Positions 16,762 through 27,378 of a stretch of DNA of 64,000 nucleotides are shown piece by piece. A program made the translations under genes and the position numbers. Each line of letters starts with the position of its first letter. Position 1 is the stretch's first letter. The notes beneath the pieces are model-generated. The model was not told the origin of the DNA, did not search any database, and saw only the letters and a list, made by a program, of their open reading frames with translations. The stretch is from Bacteroidota bacterium (GTDB lineage Bacteria; Bacteroidota; Bacteroidia; UKL13-3): NCBI GenBank assembly GCA_027491355.1, contig JAIXWI010000006.1, forward strand, positions 318 through 64,317. The letters run 5' to 3'.

Positions 16762-18022
16762 ATTGAATCAGCTGCATTTTTTGAGCCTGCTTTTGTTAGC
16801 CTATATGCCTGTTTTAACAATTGCACAAGAACAACCTACTTATTTGGTAGGTGGAACCGTTCATGTAGGAAACGGACAGGTACTTTCGGATGCGCACTTA
16901 TTAATGATGGATGGGAAAATTGTAGAACTTTCCAATCGGTTTGACAATCAAATTAAAAATGCCAACATCATTGATGTAAAAGGCAAGCATTTGTATCCAG
17001 GTATCATTGCGCTTAACAACATCATGGGCTTAAACGAAATTGATGCTGTGCGTGCAACAAGAGATTACAATGAAGTAGGCGCGTTCAACCCAAATGTAAG
17101 AAGTGCCATTGCATACAATACGGATTCAAAAATATTACCAACTGCTTTGTTCAACGGCATTGTATATACACAAGCAGTTCCTCAAGGTGGACAAATAAGT
17201 GGTACCAGTAGTTTGTTTTACACCAAAGCATGGAATTGGGAAGATGCGCTTGTACTCGAAGATGATGGGGTTCACTTGAACTACCCTGATTTGTCATCAG
17301 CCAATGATGCAAACGACCGTACGAGTCATTCGCAAAAACAATTAGAGGCAATGATGAACTTTTTACATGATGCTTTTCAGTTTTGCAATGTGCAAAATCA
17401 AACAGTTTTTAACCTCAGGTTTGAAGCCATGAGAAAAGTATTTGTGGGTAAAACTAATTTATATGTTCATGTCAATACTGCAAAAGGAATGCTTTCTGCT
17501 TTGGCTGTTATCAAAGACAAATACCCAGCAGTTAAATTAGTATTTGTAGGTGCTGAAGAGGCGTATCAAATTACAAACAGTTTGAGGTTATATCAAATTC
17601 CTGTAGTATTAACAGCCATTCACCGTTTACCCCTTCACAGTTTTGAAGCATACGACTTGCCGTATCAGTTGGCATCTATTCTACAAGATTCAGGTATTCA
17701 AGTTGCCATTGCTCAAGCTGGTAGTTGGGAATCTCGCAATGTGATGTTCAATGCAGGAACAGCTGTTGCATTTGGAATGGACAAAGAAAATGCATTGTCA
17801 TGCATTACTCTGCAAGCAGCAAAAATTTTAAGTATAGATCACAGAATAGGAAGTTTGGAAAAAGGTAAAGAAGCAACTATTGTTGTTTCAGAAGGAGATA
17901 TTTTGGATATGAAATCTAGTAAAATTACAGCTGTTTACATTAGAGGCGAGCAGGTAGAAATCAATGACGTACAACAAGCGTTGAACAAAAAATACCGCCA
18001 AAAATTCAAACTCAAAGAATAG
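16751..18022 (+). CDS. Secreted amidohydrolase family protein (metal ligands degenerate)
   Basis: IDVKGKHLYPGIIAL, GSLEKGKEATIVV; overlaps the upstream stop; HxH absent. Confidence 0.82.
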   Translation: MKTKLNQLHFLSLLLLAYMPVLTIAQEQPTYLVGGTVHVGNGQVLSDAHLLMMDGKIVELSNRFDNQIKNANIIDVKGKHLYPGIIALNNIMGLNEIDAVRATRDYNEVGAFNPNVRSAIAYNTDSKILPTALFNGIVYTQAVPQGGQISGTSSLFYTKAWNWEDALVLEDDGVHLNYPDLSSANDANDRTSHSQKQLEAMMNFLHDAFQFCNVQNQTVFNLRFEAMRKVFVGKTNLYVHVNTAKGMLSALAVIKDKYPAVKLVFVGAEEAYQITNSLRLYQIPVVLTAIHRLPLHSFEAYDLPYQLASILQDSGIQVAIAQAGSWESRNVMFNAGTAVAFGMDKENALSCITLQAAKILSIDHRIGSLEKGKEATIVVSEGDILDMKSSKITAVYIRGEQVEINDVQQALNKKYRQKFKLKE

Positions 18023-18023
18023 T

Positions 18024-18779
18024 TTACCAATTAGCGGTAGGGTCTATTTGAAAAACTTCACTCATTTCTGTCACCAAAGTCTCCAAGTGCGCTAAATGGT
18101 ATCCTTTACGACCACCTAAAACAGGTTCCCAACTTGATTGTTCAGGTACTTGTAACCCAGCTTTTTCTAACAAGGGACAAACTACGCTCATCCATTTATC
18201 TTGTAAGGCTTTTTCGCCTTCAAACACACCTTCATTTTTGAGTTCTATTTCGTAATTACCTTCCTCAAATATGCCCAATGCATAGTTCCAAGATTCATTC
18301 AGTGCAGTTTGCATTCTAATTTTGCTGATTTCATTAGCAGTGCTCAATTTTTGAATCCAGGTATTGCCATGAAAAACATGGTATTTGATTTCCCCTTTTA
18401 CTTTCTTGGCCAATTTGGCTAATGGCTCGAATGAACTATTGGCAAACATTTCAAAACGAATTTGGTCTGCATGGTCAAATAAAAAATGACGCATCAAACT
18501 AAAATCATATTCACCATTTGGCAATTCTACAAAATGACAATTGTGGAATTGATTGGCTTTTCTTGAAAAGGCAATTTGGTCTGGATCTGCTTCGCCTAAT
18601 TCATGTAAAATTTGGTAACATCCTTGGGCATGACCTAATTTATCTTGGGCCATTGAAGAAAATGCAATGTCTTCTTCTAAAATAGGACCTAAGCCCGTCC
18701 ATTCACTGTTTCTGTGTCCTAAAACCAATTGGTCGTCGGCAACTTTATAAAGCAATTCTTTAATTGCAGCTTCATTCAT
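18024..18779 (-). CDS. paaC: 1,2-phenylacetyl-CoA epoxidase subunit C
   Basis: ADDQLVLGHRNSEW, PILEEDIA, VELPNGEYD, EIKYH. Confidence 0.92.
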   Translation of the reverse strand: MNEAAIKELLYKVADDQLVLGHRNSEWTGLGPILEEDIAFSSMAQDKLGHAQGCYQILHELGEADPDQIAFSRKANQFHNCHFVELPNGEYDFSLMRHFLFDHADQIRFEMFANSSFEPLAKLAKKVKGEIKYHVFHGNTWIQKLSTANEISKIRMQTALNESWNYALGIFEEGNYEIELKNEGVFEGEKALQDKWMSVVCPLLEKAGLQVPEQSSWEPVLGGRKGYHLAHLETLVTEMSEVFQIDPTANW

Positions 18780-18790
18780 ATGCTTTTTTG

Positions 18791-19162
18791 TTAAGCTTTT
18801 TGTGATTTCTTATATTGATTGATCTTGTCCATCACTTTGTAACCACCAGCTTCCCTGTATATTTTATCTGTAGTGGTTTCAAATATGTCGGCATCTTCAT
18901 ACGTTGATGCAAATACGTTACGGGTGTTTACTACCCAAATATTCGCGGTCAAGCCTCTTCTCCCAAATTGTTCTTTGGCAAATGCTAAAGCCATTTCTGG
19001 ATTGGCTGCATGCACAATTCCTACATGCATGTGTTGGTCTCCTCTTTTCTTTTGGTGAAATACTTCATAGGTTTCCCATTGGTCTAAAGTACCAAGTGGC
19101 TCTATGTTATTGTCAACTGAAATGGAAGCCCTGTTAATTCTTGGGTCTAATGATTCAATCAT
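18791..19162 (-). CDS. paaB: 1,2-phenylacetyl-CoA epoxidase subunit B
   Basis: YEVF...HMHVGIVHAANPEMALAFAKEQFGRR...IWVV; lies between paaA and paaC. Confidence 0.88.
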   Translation of the reverse strand: MIESLDPRINRASISVDNNIEPLGTLDQWETYEVFHQKKRGDQHMHVGIVHAANPEMALAFAKEQFGRRGLTANIWVVNTRNVFASTYEDADIFETTTDKIYREAGGYKVMDKINQYKKSQKA

Positions 19163-19180
19163 GCGTGTTGCGTTAGAGGT

Positions 19181-20176
19181 TTAAGCGAATGGAACAACAT
19201 AAGCAGTTTGACCTGATTTTAAAGCTTCTCTTACCCATCTGCCTCTTTCCTCGGCATTTCTTCTGACAGCAAGTCTTTCTGCGTTGCAAGGGCCTCCACC
19301 GTTGATGACTCTCTTGAATTCATCCCAGTCTGGCTCGGTATATTCCCATTTACCAGTTGTTTCGTTTTTCTTCAAGTTGGTATCAGGAACTGTTAAACCT
19401 AAGTCCCAAATTTTTGGAACATACATATTTAAAAACTGTTGACGCATGTCGTCGTTGGTAGCCATTTTTACTTTCCATTTCATCAAAATTTCAGTGTGTG
19501 ATGAAATTTTATCTGAAGGTCCAAAAAAGTGCATAATAGGAGGCCACCATCTGTTGAGTGCTTCTTGAACCATTTGTCTTTGAATTGGGGTACCAGTTGC
19601 AAGTGTTACAACATTGTCGTGTCCATATTTTAAGTGAAACGACTCCTCGGTACAAATTCTGTCCAATGCTCTGCAATAAGGTCCGTAGCTGCCTTTTGCA
19701 TTTGCAACTTGGTTGATGATTGCACCCGCATCAATTAACCAAGCAATGACACAAGCATCTGCCCACGTAAATGCAGGGTAATTAAACACGTTTGAATATT
19801 TTGATTTCCCTGTAATTAAATCATTGATCATGGCTTCCCTACTTTTGCCTAAAGTTTCTGCAGCACTGTACAACAATTGCGCATGCCCTACTTCATCTTG
19901 CACTTTTGCCATCAATGCCAATTTTCTTTTGAAGCCAGGAGCTCTTGTGATCCAGGTTCCTTCAGGAAGTGCACCAATAATTTCTGAATGACCATGTTGT
20001 TCAATCATTCTGATCAACTGTTTGCGGTATTCTTTGGGCATCCAATCTTTGGGCTCAATTTTTTCACCTCTTTCAATTCTCGCTTCAAATTCAGCAAGTA
20101 ATTTTGGGTCTTCATCTGCCAAAACCGAATGGGTTTTACTGGCTTCGTTTGGTTCTATATATGCGTTTCCGTACAT
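19181..20176 (-). CDS. paaA: 1,2-phenylacetyl-CoA epoxidase catalytic subunit A
   Basis: [24 protein letters not shown] and EESFH di-iron ligands. Confidence 0.95.
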   Translation of the reverse strand: MYGNAYIEPNEASKTHSVLADEDPKLLAEFEARIERGEKIEPKDWMPKEYRKQLIRMIEQHGHSEIIGALPEGTWITRAPGFKRKLALMAKVQDEVGHAQLLYSAAETLGKSREAMINDLITGKSKYSNVFNYPAFTWADACVIAWLIDAGAIINQVANAKGSYGPYCRALDRICTEESFHLKYGHDNVVTLATGTPIQRQMVQEALNRWWPPIMHFFGPSDKISSHTEILMKWKVKMATNDDMRQQFLNMYVPKIWDLGLTVPDTNLKKNETTGKWEYTEPDWDEFKRVINGGGPCNAERLAVRRNAEERGRWVREALKSGQTAYVVPFA

Positions 20177-20190
20177 AAAAATGATATTTA

Positions 20191-20796
20191 TTATTGTTTG
20201 TAATTGCTATCTGTAACTAATTTTTTTCGAAGTCCGCCCAATACAAAATCGCTCATTTTTTCAGCAATCTCCTTGGGTTTCATATTTCCAGTTGGTTTGT
20301 ACCATTCAATGATCCAATTCACAGAACTCAATACACTCAGCACTGCAAATTTTGAATCCACATCATCAAATACATCTTCTTGTATGCCTTCTGTGATGAT
20401 TTGTTTGAATCCGTTTTCGTATTGGTTGCGAAGTGTTTTGAATTCAGACAAAAAAGGTTCATTGAGGCGTTTCCATTCAAATAAGAAAACAGCACTTTTA
20501 GAAAGGTCATTGACTATGATGCCTAAGTGCTGCTCAATAGCCATTCTGAGTTTTTGTTCGGCGTTGAAGTAAATATCATTGGTTTCGTCCATGGCGTCAA
20601 TCAATTTGTGAGCCATTTCAAAACAAATGATGGAAAGTATTTCTTCTTTTGATTTAAAATGGTGGTAGAGGCTTGCTGCTTCTATATCTAAAGCATTGGC
20701 AATATCCCTAACAGTACAAGCATCATATCCCTTCTGCTCAAATAACGTAGCAGAGGTTGTAATGATTTGCGTTTTTCTGTTATTGATTTCTTTCAT
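20191..20796 (-). CDS. TetR family regulator, probable PaaR-type repressor of paaABC
   Basis: N-terminal [30 protein letters not shown]; first gene of the paa operon. Confidence 0.9.
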   Translation of the reverse strand: MKEINNRKTQIITTSATLFEQKGYDACTVRDIANALDIEAASLYHHFKSKEEILSIICFEMAHKLIDAMDETNDIYFNAEQKLRMAIEQHLGIIVNDLSKSAVFLFEWKRLNEPFLSEFKTLRNQYENGFKQIITEGIQEDVFDDVDSKFAVLSVLSSVNWIIEWYKPTGNMKPKEIAEKMSDFVLGGLRKKLVTDSNYKQ

Positions 20797-20799
20797 AAA

Positions 20800-20823
20800 C
20801 CTAACAAGTGTTAGGCAAATTTA
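20800..20823 (-). promoter_or_regulatory. Palindromic operator CCTAACA-AG-TGTTAGG abutting the -7 box TAAATTTG
   Basis: Perfect 7-bp inverted repeat at 20800-20815, 3 nt upstream of the tetR ATG; -7 box at 20816-20823 on the minus strand. Confidence 0.75.
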
Positions 20824-20864
20824 ATCAAAGCATTCAAAAAAGCAAATGGCTGTTTTACAAGGGC

Positions 20865-21596
20865 CTAAATCCCTAATGCAAACATTACCGGCCTTTTGTG
20901 TAAATCAGGCAACTTGGCTTTCCAAGCGGCCAATGTTTGTGTTTGAATGAAACCCTCTTCTGTACAAACCTCGCATCCAATACAGAGCTTGGTTTGAGGA
21001 TTACAGTTGAGTAAAATATCAGCCAGTAGCTGATTGTTTCTGTATGGGGCTTCCATGAATAATTGGGTTTGTCCTTTGATAGCCAATTGTTCCATTCCTT
21101 GAATTTTTTTAGCCCTTTGGTTTTTATCTATGGGGAGGTAGCCATTAAAAGTAAATTGTTGTCCATTGAAACCACTTCCCATTAAGGTTAGTACAATGCT
21201 GGAAGAACCAGGTAAGGCAATTACTTTAATGTTTTTTTGATGGGCTAGTTTTACCAATTGTGAGCCTGGGTCTGCTATACATGGCAATCCTGCATCTGAT
21301 AACAATCCTGCATCTTGTCCATTGCTAAGTGCAATAAGTAGGTTTTCAATTTCAGCGGCTTCAGTGTGCTCATTCAACTGCCATAATTTAATTTCTTGTT
21401 GGCTGCATTGAATTTTTAATTTTTTAACCAAGGCCCTGGCATCTTTTTCATTTTCTACTACAAAATGCTTCAAGTGATGGGTCATTTTGCGCACCATGTC
21501 TGGAATAAAATCATCTTGGTGTTTGTCTGATAAAACATTGGGAATGAGGTATAAAGACCCATAATTATTGCTTGAATTTGAATGCTTTTGACTCAT
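20865..21596 (-). CDS. RsmI-like SAM-dependent (tetrapyrrole methylase family) methyltransferase
   Basis: GSLYLIPN, LLSDAGLPCIADPG, FMEAPYRN; second RsmI paralogue in the window. Start moved to MSQK. Confidence 0.85.
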   Translation of the reverse strand: MSQKHSNSSNNYGSLYLIPNVLSDKHQDDFIPDMVRKMTHHLKHFVVENEKDARALVKKLKIQCSQQEIKLWQLNEHTEAAEIENLLIALSNGQDAGLLSDAGLPCIADPGSQLVKLAHQKNIKVIALPGSSSIVLTLMGSGFNGQQFTFNGYLPIDKNQRAKKIQGMEQLAIKGQTQLFMEAPYRNNQLLADILLNCNPQTKLCIGCEVCTEEGFIQTQTLAAWKAKLPDLHKRPVMFALGI

Positions 21597-21753
21597 GAAA
21601 CTTAGTTTTAATGGCTGTTTTAAAGGCACATATTTTGACGCATTTGCACTTTAAAAAAAACCTTTTTTGTTTATTTATTTAAGAAACACAAATATTCATT
21701 TGATTTTTTGAAAAAATGCCCGTTATTTTTGCCACTCTTTAAAATCTTATCAA

Positions 21754-23871
21754 ATGGCAATTTTAACAAAAATAAGAAACAGGTCGGGTTTGGCAATTGG
21801 AATGGTTGGCGGAGCCCTGTTACTCTTTGTAATTTCAGATGCATTAAACAGTAACTTTGGCCTTTTTAGTGGTCAAGCAGCAAATAACAATGTTGGAGAA
21901 ATAGATGGAGAAACCATTGGCATACGTCAATTCGAAGAAAAGCTCGAGCTCAATACTGAGAATTTCAAGATGCGCACACAACAAGAATCCATCGATGAAA
22001 ACACGCGCACTCAATTGCGTGAGCAAACTTGGGCTCAGTATGTAAATGATTACATGATGGCCAAAGAATACAAAGAATTGGGCATTGAAGTAAGCAATGA
22101 AGAATTAGAAGACATGTTGATGGGTAAAAACATTCATCCACAAATCATTCAATCTTTCACTGACCCTAAAGTTGGTACATTTGACGTGAATGCAGTAAAG
22201 AGCTATTTGAAACAAGTTGCTGAAGGCACAGATGAAAAAATGAAAGCTCAATGGAAAGAGTTTGAAGATTTCTTGGTAAACGATGGCATGCAAAGGAAAT
22301 ATGTAAACTTACTAAAGAAAGGAATTTATACAACTTCTTTAGAAGCAAAACATTCATTCTTAGCAAAAAATAGTACTGTAGACATGGCTTTCGTCTCAAT
22401 ACCTTACATGTCAGTTCCTGATACAGCAATCGTTGCAGAAGAATCAGATTTGAAATCTTACTTCAAGAAAAATTTATACAAATACAAAGAGCGTGAAAAT
22501 AGCCGCAAATTAGAGTTTGTAGTTTGGGACTTTGCTCCAACTGCTGAAGACAGTGCAGTGGTTATTAAATGGGCTAACGACCAAGTTGCACAATTGCAAG
22601 CATCAACCAACGATACAGCATATACGGATTTGAACAGTGAAACAAAATTTGATCCAACACCTAGAAACAGAACTGATTTTCCTGAATCAATACAAGATCA
22701 ATTGTTCAATGCCGTTAACGGTACGGTTATTGGTCCGGTGTTTGACAATGGCAAGTACAACGTTTACAAAATAATTGGAGAGAAAGAAGATTCTGTTTAC
22801 ACCATGCGTGCAAGCCATATCTTGTTCAGAATAGAAGGTGCTACTATGGAAGATACCCTGAAAGCTAAAAACAAAGCCAATGAAATCATGGCTAGGGTTA
22901 AAAAAGGCGAATCTTTTGCAGCTTTGGCAAGAGAATTTGGTACAGATGGCACCAAAGATAAAGGCGGAGATTTAGGTTGGTTCAAAGAAGGCTCTATGGT
23001 TAAAGAATTCAATGATGTAGTAAAAGCTGGTAAAAAAGGAGATTTGATGGTTGCAAAAACTCAGTTTGGTTACCATTTAATCAGCATCACTGAAAACAAG
23101 TCTAAGAAATTACTTACAGTTGCTTGTGTTGATAGAACTGTAGCAGCAAGCGATAAAACAACATCTGCGGCCTATAATGAAGCCAGCCAATTTGCAGCAA
23201 GTTCTACCAATTTAGAAGACTTCAATAAAAACGTATCAGACCAAAAAATAGAAAAGCGTATTGCTGAGTATGTGAGAGAAAATGACAACTTTTTACCTGG
23301 TTTCACAGATGCGAGAGAAGTAGTAAAATGGGCTAATTTAGCCAAAGAAGGTGATGTGAGTGAAGTAATTACTATTGGTGGTGATAAATATGTGATTGCA
23401 GCATTGACTAGCATAAGAGAAAAAGGAAAAGCAAATTTTGAAGCGTCAAGAGAGCGTGTTTTAGCTGATTACAGAAAAGAGCAAAAAGCTGAGCAGTTAA
23501 TGGAAAAAATGAAAACAGCAATGGCTTCAGGTTCAGCGCTAGAAGCAATCAGTAAAAACTTAAACCAGTCATTGAATCCTGTTACAAGCCAAACTTTTGA
23601 AAATGCTAGTATACCTTATGTAGGTTATGATCCAAGTTTTGTAGGTGCTGTAATGGGAACATCAGTTGGTAAACTTACAGGGCCATTTAAAGGAGATGGT
23701 GCAGTTTATGCATTCCAAGTAAATAAAATCAATACAGCTACTTTACCTGCAGATTTGGCTCCATTCAAAAACGAAATAGGTAGTGCAAATCAATCACGTG
23801 TTGAATACAGCTACTCTGATGTTTTAAAAGATTTAAAAGGCGTAAAGGATTTCAGGTACAAGTTCTACTAG
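21754..23871 (+). CDS. ppiD: Peptidyl-prolyl isomerase D / SurA N-terminal domain protein
   Basis: N-terminal anchor MAILTKIRNRSGL..., parvulin domain RASHIL...GGDLGWF...FGYHLI; TATTTTTG -7 box upstream. Confidence 0.85.
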   Translation: MAILTKIRNRSGLAIGMVGGALLLFVISDALNSNFGLFSGQAANNNVGEIDGETIGIRQFEEKLELNTENFKMRTQQESIDENTRTQLREQTWAQYVNDYMMAKEYKELGIEVSNEELEDMLMGKNIHPQIIQSFTDPKVGTFDVNAVKSYLKQVAEGTDEKMKAQWKEFEDFLVNDGMQRKYVNLLKKGIYTTSLEAKHSFLAKNSTVDMAFVSIPYMSVPDTAIVAEESDLKSYFKKNLYKYKERENSRKLEFVVWDFAPTAEDSAVVIKWANDQVAQLQASTNDTAYTDLNSETKFDPTPRNRTDFPESIQDQLFNAVNGTVIGPVFDNGKYNVYKIIGEKEDSVYTMRASHILFRIEGATMEDTLKAKNKANEIMARVKKGESFAALAREFGTDGTKDKGGDLGWFKEGSMVKEFNDVVKAGKKGDLMVAKTQFGYHLISITENKSKKLLTVACVDRTVAASDKTTSAAYNEASQFAASSTNLEDFNKNVSDQKIEKRIAEYVRENDNFLPGFTDAREVVKWANLAKEGDVSEVITIGGDKYVIAALTSIREKGKANFEASRERVLADYRKEQKAEQLMEKMKTAMASGSALEAISKNLNQSLNPVTSQTFENASIPYVGYDPSFVGAVMGTSVGKLTGPFKGDGAVYAFQVNKINTATLPADLAPFKNEIGSANQSRVEYSYSDVLKDLKGVKDFRYKFY

Positions 23872-23875
23872 ACTT

Positions 23876-24643
23876 ATGTTTTCCTATAACCAATACGGCG
23901 ATAAAAATATACAGCGCAGTACACTGGTTTTTATACACGGCTTTTGTCAAAACAATACCTGCTTCAACGAGCAGGTATTGTTTTTTAGAGATAGTTATTC
24001 CATTGTTTGTATTGATTTACCTGGTTATGGTAATACCCAGCATTTACAAGCAAATAGTATCCAAGAAATGGCAGATGGGGTTATTGCATTGATGAACCAA
24101 CTTGGTATTGAAAATTTTATACCATTTGGTCACAGCATGGGAGGCTATGTGGCTTTAGCAATTGCCCAAAAAATTCCAACCCGAATTAAAGGCCTTGGAT
24201 TGATTCATTCTACTGCAAAAGCAGATGCTCCTGAGCGTATTGCAAAGCGTGTTCAAACCATGGAGTTTATTCAAGCCCATGGAATGGAAACATATGTAAA
24301 AGCGTTCATTCCGGGTTTATTCAAAGAACAGGATAAAGAGGGTTTAGCGGTCAGACAAGCCATTCAAAGAGGTTTGGCGGCAACTCAATCAGGCATATTG
24401 TGCTCAATTCAATCTATGATGCAAAGACCAGACTTGTCGAGCTTGCTTCATGAATTAACTGTACCTGTATTTTGGGTCATAGGTAAATACGATGTTTTAC
24501 TACCAGAGCTTGATTTATTTAAACAAGCAAATAGCTGCAAATCAGGATTTATTTGCTATCTTAAAAACAGCGCTCACATGGGTATGATTGAAGAGTCAGC
24601 ATTGTTCAATCAAGCACTCTTGAATTATTTAGCAATGCTCTAA
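23876..24643 (+). CDS. Alpha/beta fold hydrolase
   Basis: FIHGF, DLPGYG, nucleophile elbow GHSMGG, C-terminal His (SAHMG). Confidence 0.9.
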   Translation: MFSYNQYGDKNIQRSTLVFIHGFCQNNTCFNEQVLFFRDSYSIVCIDLPGYGNTQHLQANSIQEMADGVIALMNQLGIENFIPFGHSMGGYVALAIAQKIPTRIKGLGLIHSTAKADAPERIAKRVQTMEFIQAHGMETYVKAFIPGLFKEQDKEGLAVRQAIQRGLAATQSGILCSIQSMMQRPDLSSLLHELTVPVFWVIGKYDVLLPELDLFKQANSCKSGFICYLKNSAHMGMIEESALFNQALLNYLAML

Positions 24644-26595
24644 TGAGACAATTGATTCAATGATTTGAGAAGTATTACAAAATCTTTCTCTAACGAATAA
24701 TCTTTGGCATACAAAAAGTTTATTTTTTGTAGGGTAATTTCATTGACAAGTGGTTCAACCTGATGCACAGGGCTAACAATTCCCTTTTTTATTTTGGGTA
24801 AATTCTGAATGTTTGCATTGGCTGCATAGCCAACCCAGGTACAATTTCCAATAATTACCTGTAGCCAATTTTTTAATAGTTGAGCGGGCTGTTTGTTAAT
24901 CAAAATCAAAACAGGTATGAATGGCAACAAAACAAGTGAAATGAACAAATCAAACAAACGTTTTTTCCTTTGTTCATAGGGTTTTGCCAAGGCTAAATTG
25001 AATTCCAAGGTGTAAAAATCGCCCGGTGTATCTTTAGAGTGGCTCCCTATTACAAACAAGCTTTCTTGTGGCACAATCTTATACATTACTTTAGGGTTAC
25101 TGATTTTTCCCATCCAATTGATAATTTGGTTGGCCGATAAATCTTTACTGCAAAAAATCAGCTCATCTACTTGCATCAAATCAACCAATTGGTTTAGCTG
25201 TGAGGCATTACCTAGGTACAGGGGGTTGTTTACAGCATGATTGTCTACACCTATAAAACCTAAAAAATCTGTTTTACTTTTAGATTGAATTAATAAACTT
25301 TGAACCCGCTTAACTTCAGCTTCGTTTCCAACTATAACTGTTCTTAAGCTGCTTTCTAATTTGAAACTGATGCGTTTATTCAAGGCAAAATAAAATAACA
25401 AACGATTTAAATAAGCAATGCATACTACGCCAATACTCCCCAATAAAATTAAGGCTCTTGAAAACCGAAAGCTGTCGTCGGCAAATGCATAAAATACAGC
25501 AATGCCAATGGTTCCTAGGAATATGCCTTTGCTTACACTTAAAAAAGTTCTTCTTTTATCGTAGGCATTAGCTAGGTACAAGCCAATCATCCATAAAATG
25601 GTATAAACACTGGTGTTAATCCATACAATATTCTGTGGGTAAGCCTGACTGTTTGCGTATTTAATTAAACCCCATTGACTACTCAAAGTTAAAAATCCAA
25701 TACCAAACAGTACAAAATCAGCAATGGGTAAGCCAGCTTTTTGAACAAAACCACTCATGACTGCTAACAATGCCCTCAAATAAATGGCTATGTGAATCAA
25801 TAAACTAAACAGTTTGGCGTTTGATTGAGAGTAGTGTTTATTGGCAAAAATGACCATGGCTCGGTAAAAGGTAAATACATAATTGACCGATGTTCTTTTT
25901 GTACTCTCTCCTTTGTAATGGATGATGGTAGTATCTGGGAAATAATAATTTTTGTAGCCGGCTTTAGTAATACGGTAACTCAAATCAATGTCCTCTCCGT
26001 ACATGAAATAATCTTCATCAAGAAGCCCTATTTCATCTAATACATTCTTGCGAATCATCATAAAAGCACCTGCCAAAACATCTACTGAATGTGTTTCTTT
26101 ATGAGAAAGAAATCCCAAATGATACTTTCCAAATCGGGTCGATTTAGGAAACAACGCAGACAGACCAAATATTTTATAAAATGCAACTTCAGGGGTGGGT
26201 AAACCTCTTTTAGATTCAGGTAAAAACTTACCGGCTCCATCAATCATTTTTACACCAACAGCCCCAGCTTCTGCATGACTATCCATGAATTGGATCACCT
26301 TTTCAAAACAATCTTCTTCAACCAAAGTATCAGGGTTGATTAACAATACATATTTGCCCTTAGCAAGGTGAATGGCTTGGTTATTGGCTTTAGAAAAACC
26401 TGTATTGACTTTGTTTGCTATGAGTTGCACCTTCGGAAACAATTGTTTTACCATTTCGCAACTCCCATCTACCGAGTTATTGTCAACTACAAATATTTCA
26501 GCTGTTAAGTTAGTACACGCTTTTTCTATTGAATAAAGTGCTTGTTCAAGAAAATGCTTGACATTGTAATTGACAATTATAACAGATAGTTGCAT
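24640..26595 (-). CDS. GT2 glycosyltransferase fused to TM region, CoA-binding-like domain and short sugar-transferase-like tail
   Basis: SVIIVNYN, VVDNNSVDG, NPDT, YFMYGEDID; then TM helices, TVIVG and KKRLFDLFISL. Confidence 0.88.
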   Translation of the reverse strand: MQLSVIIVNYNVKHFLEQALYSIEKACTNLTAEIFVVDNNSVDGSCEMVKQLFPKVQLIANKVNTGFSKANNQAIHLAKGKYVLLINPDTLVEEDCFEKVIQFMDSHAEAGAVGVKMIDGAGKFLPESKRGLPTPEVAFYKIFGLSALFPKSTRFGKYHLGFLSHKETHSVDVLAGAFMMIRKNVLDEIGLLDEDYFMYGEDIDLSYRITKAGYKNYYFPDTTIIHYKGESTKRTSVNYVFTFYRAMVIFANKHYSQSNAKLFSLLIHIAIYLRALLAVMSGFVQKAGLPIADFVLFGIGFLTLSSQWGLIKYANSQAYPQNIVWINTSVYTILWMIGLYLANAYDKRRTFLSVSKGIFLGTIGIAVFYAFADDSFRFSRALILLGSIGVVCIAYLNRLLFYFALNKRISFKLESSLRTVIVGNEAEVKRVQSLLIQSKSKTDFLGFIGVDNHAVNNPLYLGNASQLNQLVDLMQVDELIFCSKDLSANQIINWMGKISNPKVMYKIVPQESLFVIGSHSKDTPGDFYTLEFNLALAKPYEQRKKRLFDLFISLVLLPFIPVLILINKQPAQLLKNWLQVIIGNCTWVGYAANANIQNLPKIKKGIVSPVHQVEPLVNEITLQKINFLYAKDYSLEKDFVILLKSLNQLSH

Positions 26596-26657
26596 GGTGT
26601 TGACCTAACGAAAATAAGGGATTCTGATGGTTTTTAACAGTTCAATAACACAAATGC

Positions 26658-27287
26658 TTATTCGTTGTTTCCTGTTTGAATTTGGTTGCGGTAGGGAACC
26701 CTGCTTAAGATAGATCTTCCTAATGTTATTTCATCAGCATACTCTAATTCGCCACCTATTGCAATTCCTTTAGATATGGTTGATAATTGTACGTCCATCC
26801 CTTTTAACTTTTTAGACAGATAAAAAATGGTTGTATCACCTTCCATGGTTGCAGACAATGCCATGATGATTTCTTTGATCCCTTCATTTTTGACGCGTTC
26901 AATAAGAGATTCAATTTGTAATTGGTCTGGTCCAATGCCATAAATTGGGTTAATCAGTCCACCCAACACATGGTACGTGCCAAAAAATTGGTTGGTATTT
27001 TCTATGGCCAATACATCTTTCAAATCTTCAACAACACAAATAACTTGATTGTCTCTTTTGGGGTTACTACAAATATTACACACAGCTGTATCACTCACAT
27101 TGTAACAACGGGTGCAATAGGTAATCTCATTGCGTAAACGAATAATTGAATTACCAAGTTTATCAGCAGTTTCTACATCTTTTTTTAGCAGGTAAAGTAC
27201 CATTCTCAAGGCCGATTTTTTACCTACACCTGGAAATTTAGAAAGTTCCTGAACAGCTTCTTCAATTAATTTAGACGGGAAATTCAT
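26658..27287 (-). CDS. recR: Recombination mediator RecR
   Basis: PGVGKKSALR HhH, C4 zinc finger CTRC...CNIC, Toprim ICVVED. Confidence 0.97.
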   Translation of the reverse strand: MNFPSKLIEEAVQELSKFPGVGKKSALRMVLYLLKKDVETADKLGNSIIRLRNEITYCTRCYNVSDTAVCNICSNPKRDNQVICVVEDLKDVLAIENTNQFFGTYHVLGGLINPIYGIGPDQLQIESLIERVKNEGIKEIIMALSATMEGDTTIFYLSKKLKGMDVQLSTISKGIAIGGELEYADEITLGRSILSRVPYRNQIQTGNNE

Positions 27288-27378
27288 GTTTCAATATTAC
27301 AGCCAAAAAAAGCAAACTTACACAGCGTTTATAAACAGATTTGTGTTCTTTTTGTGCATTGCTTACTTTTACTTCAGC

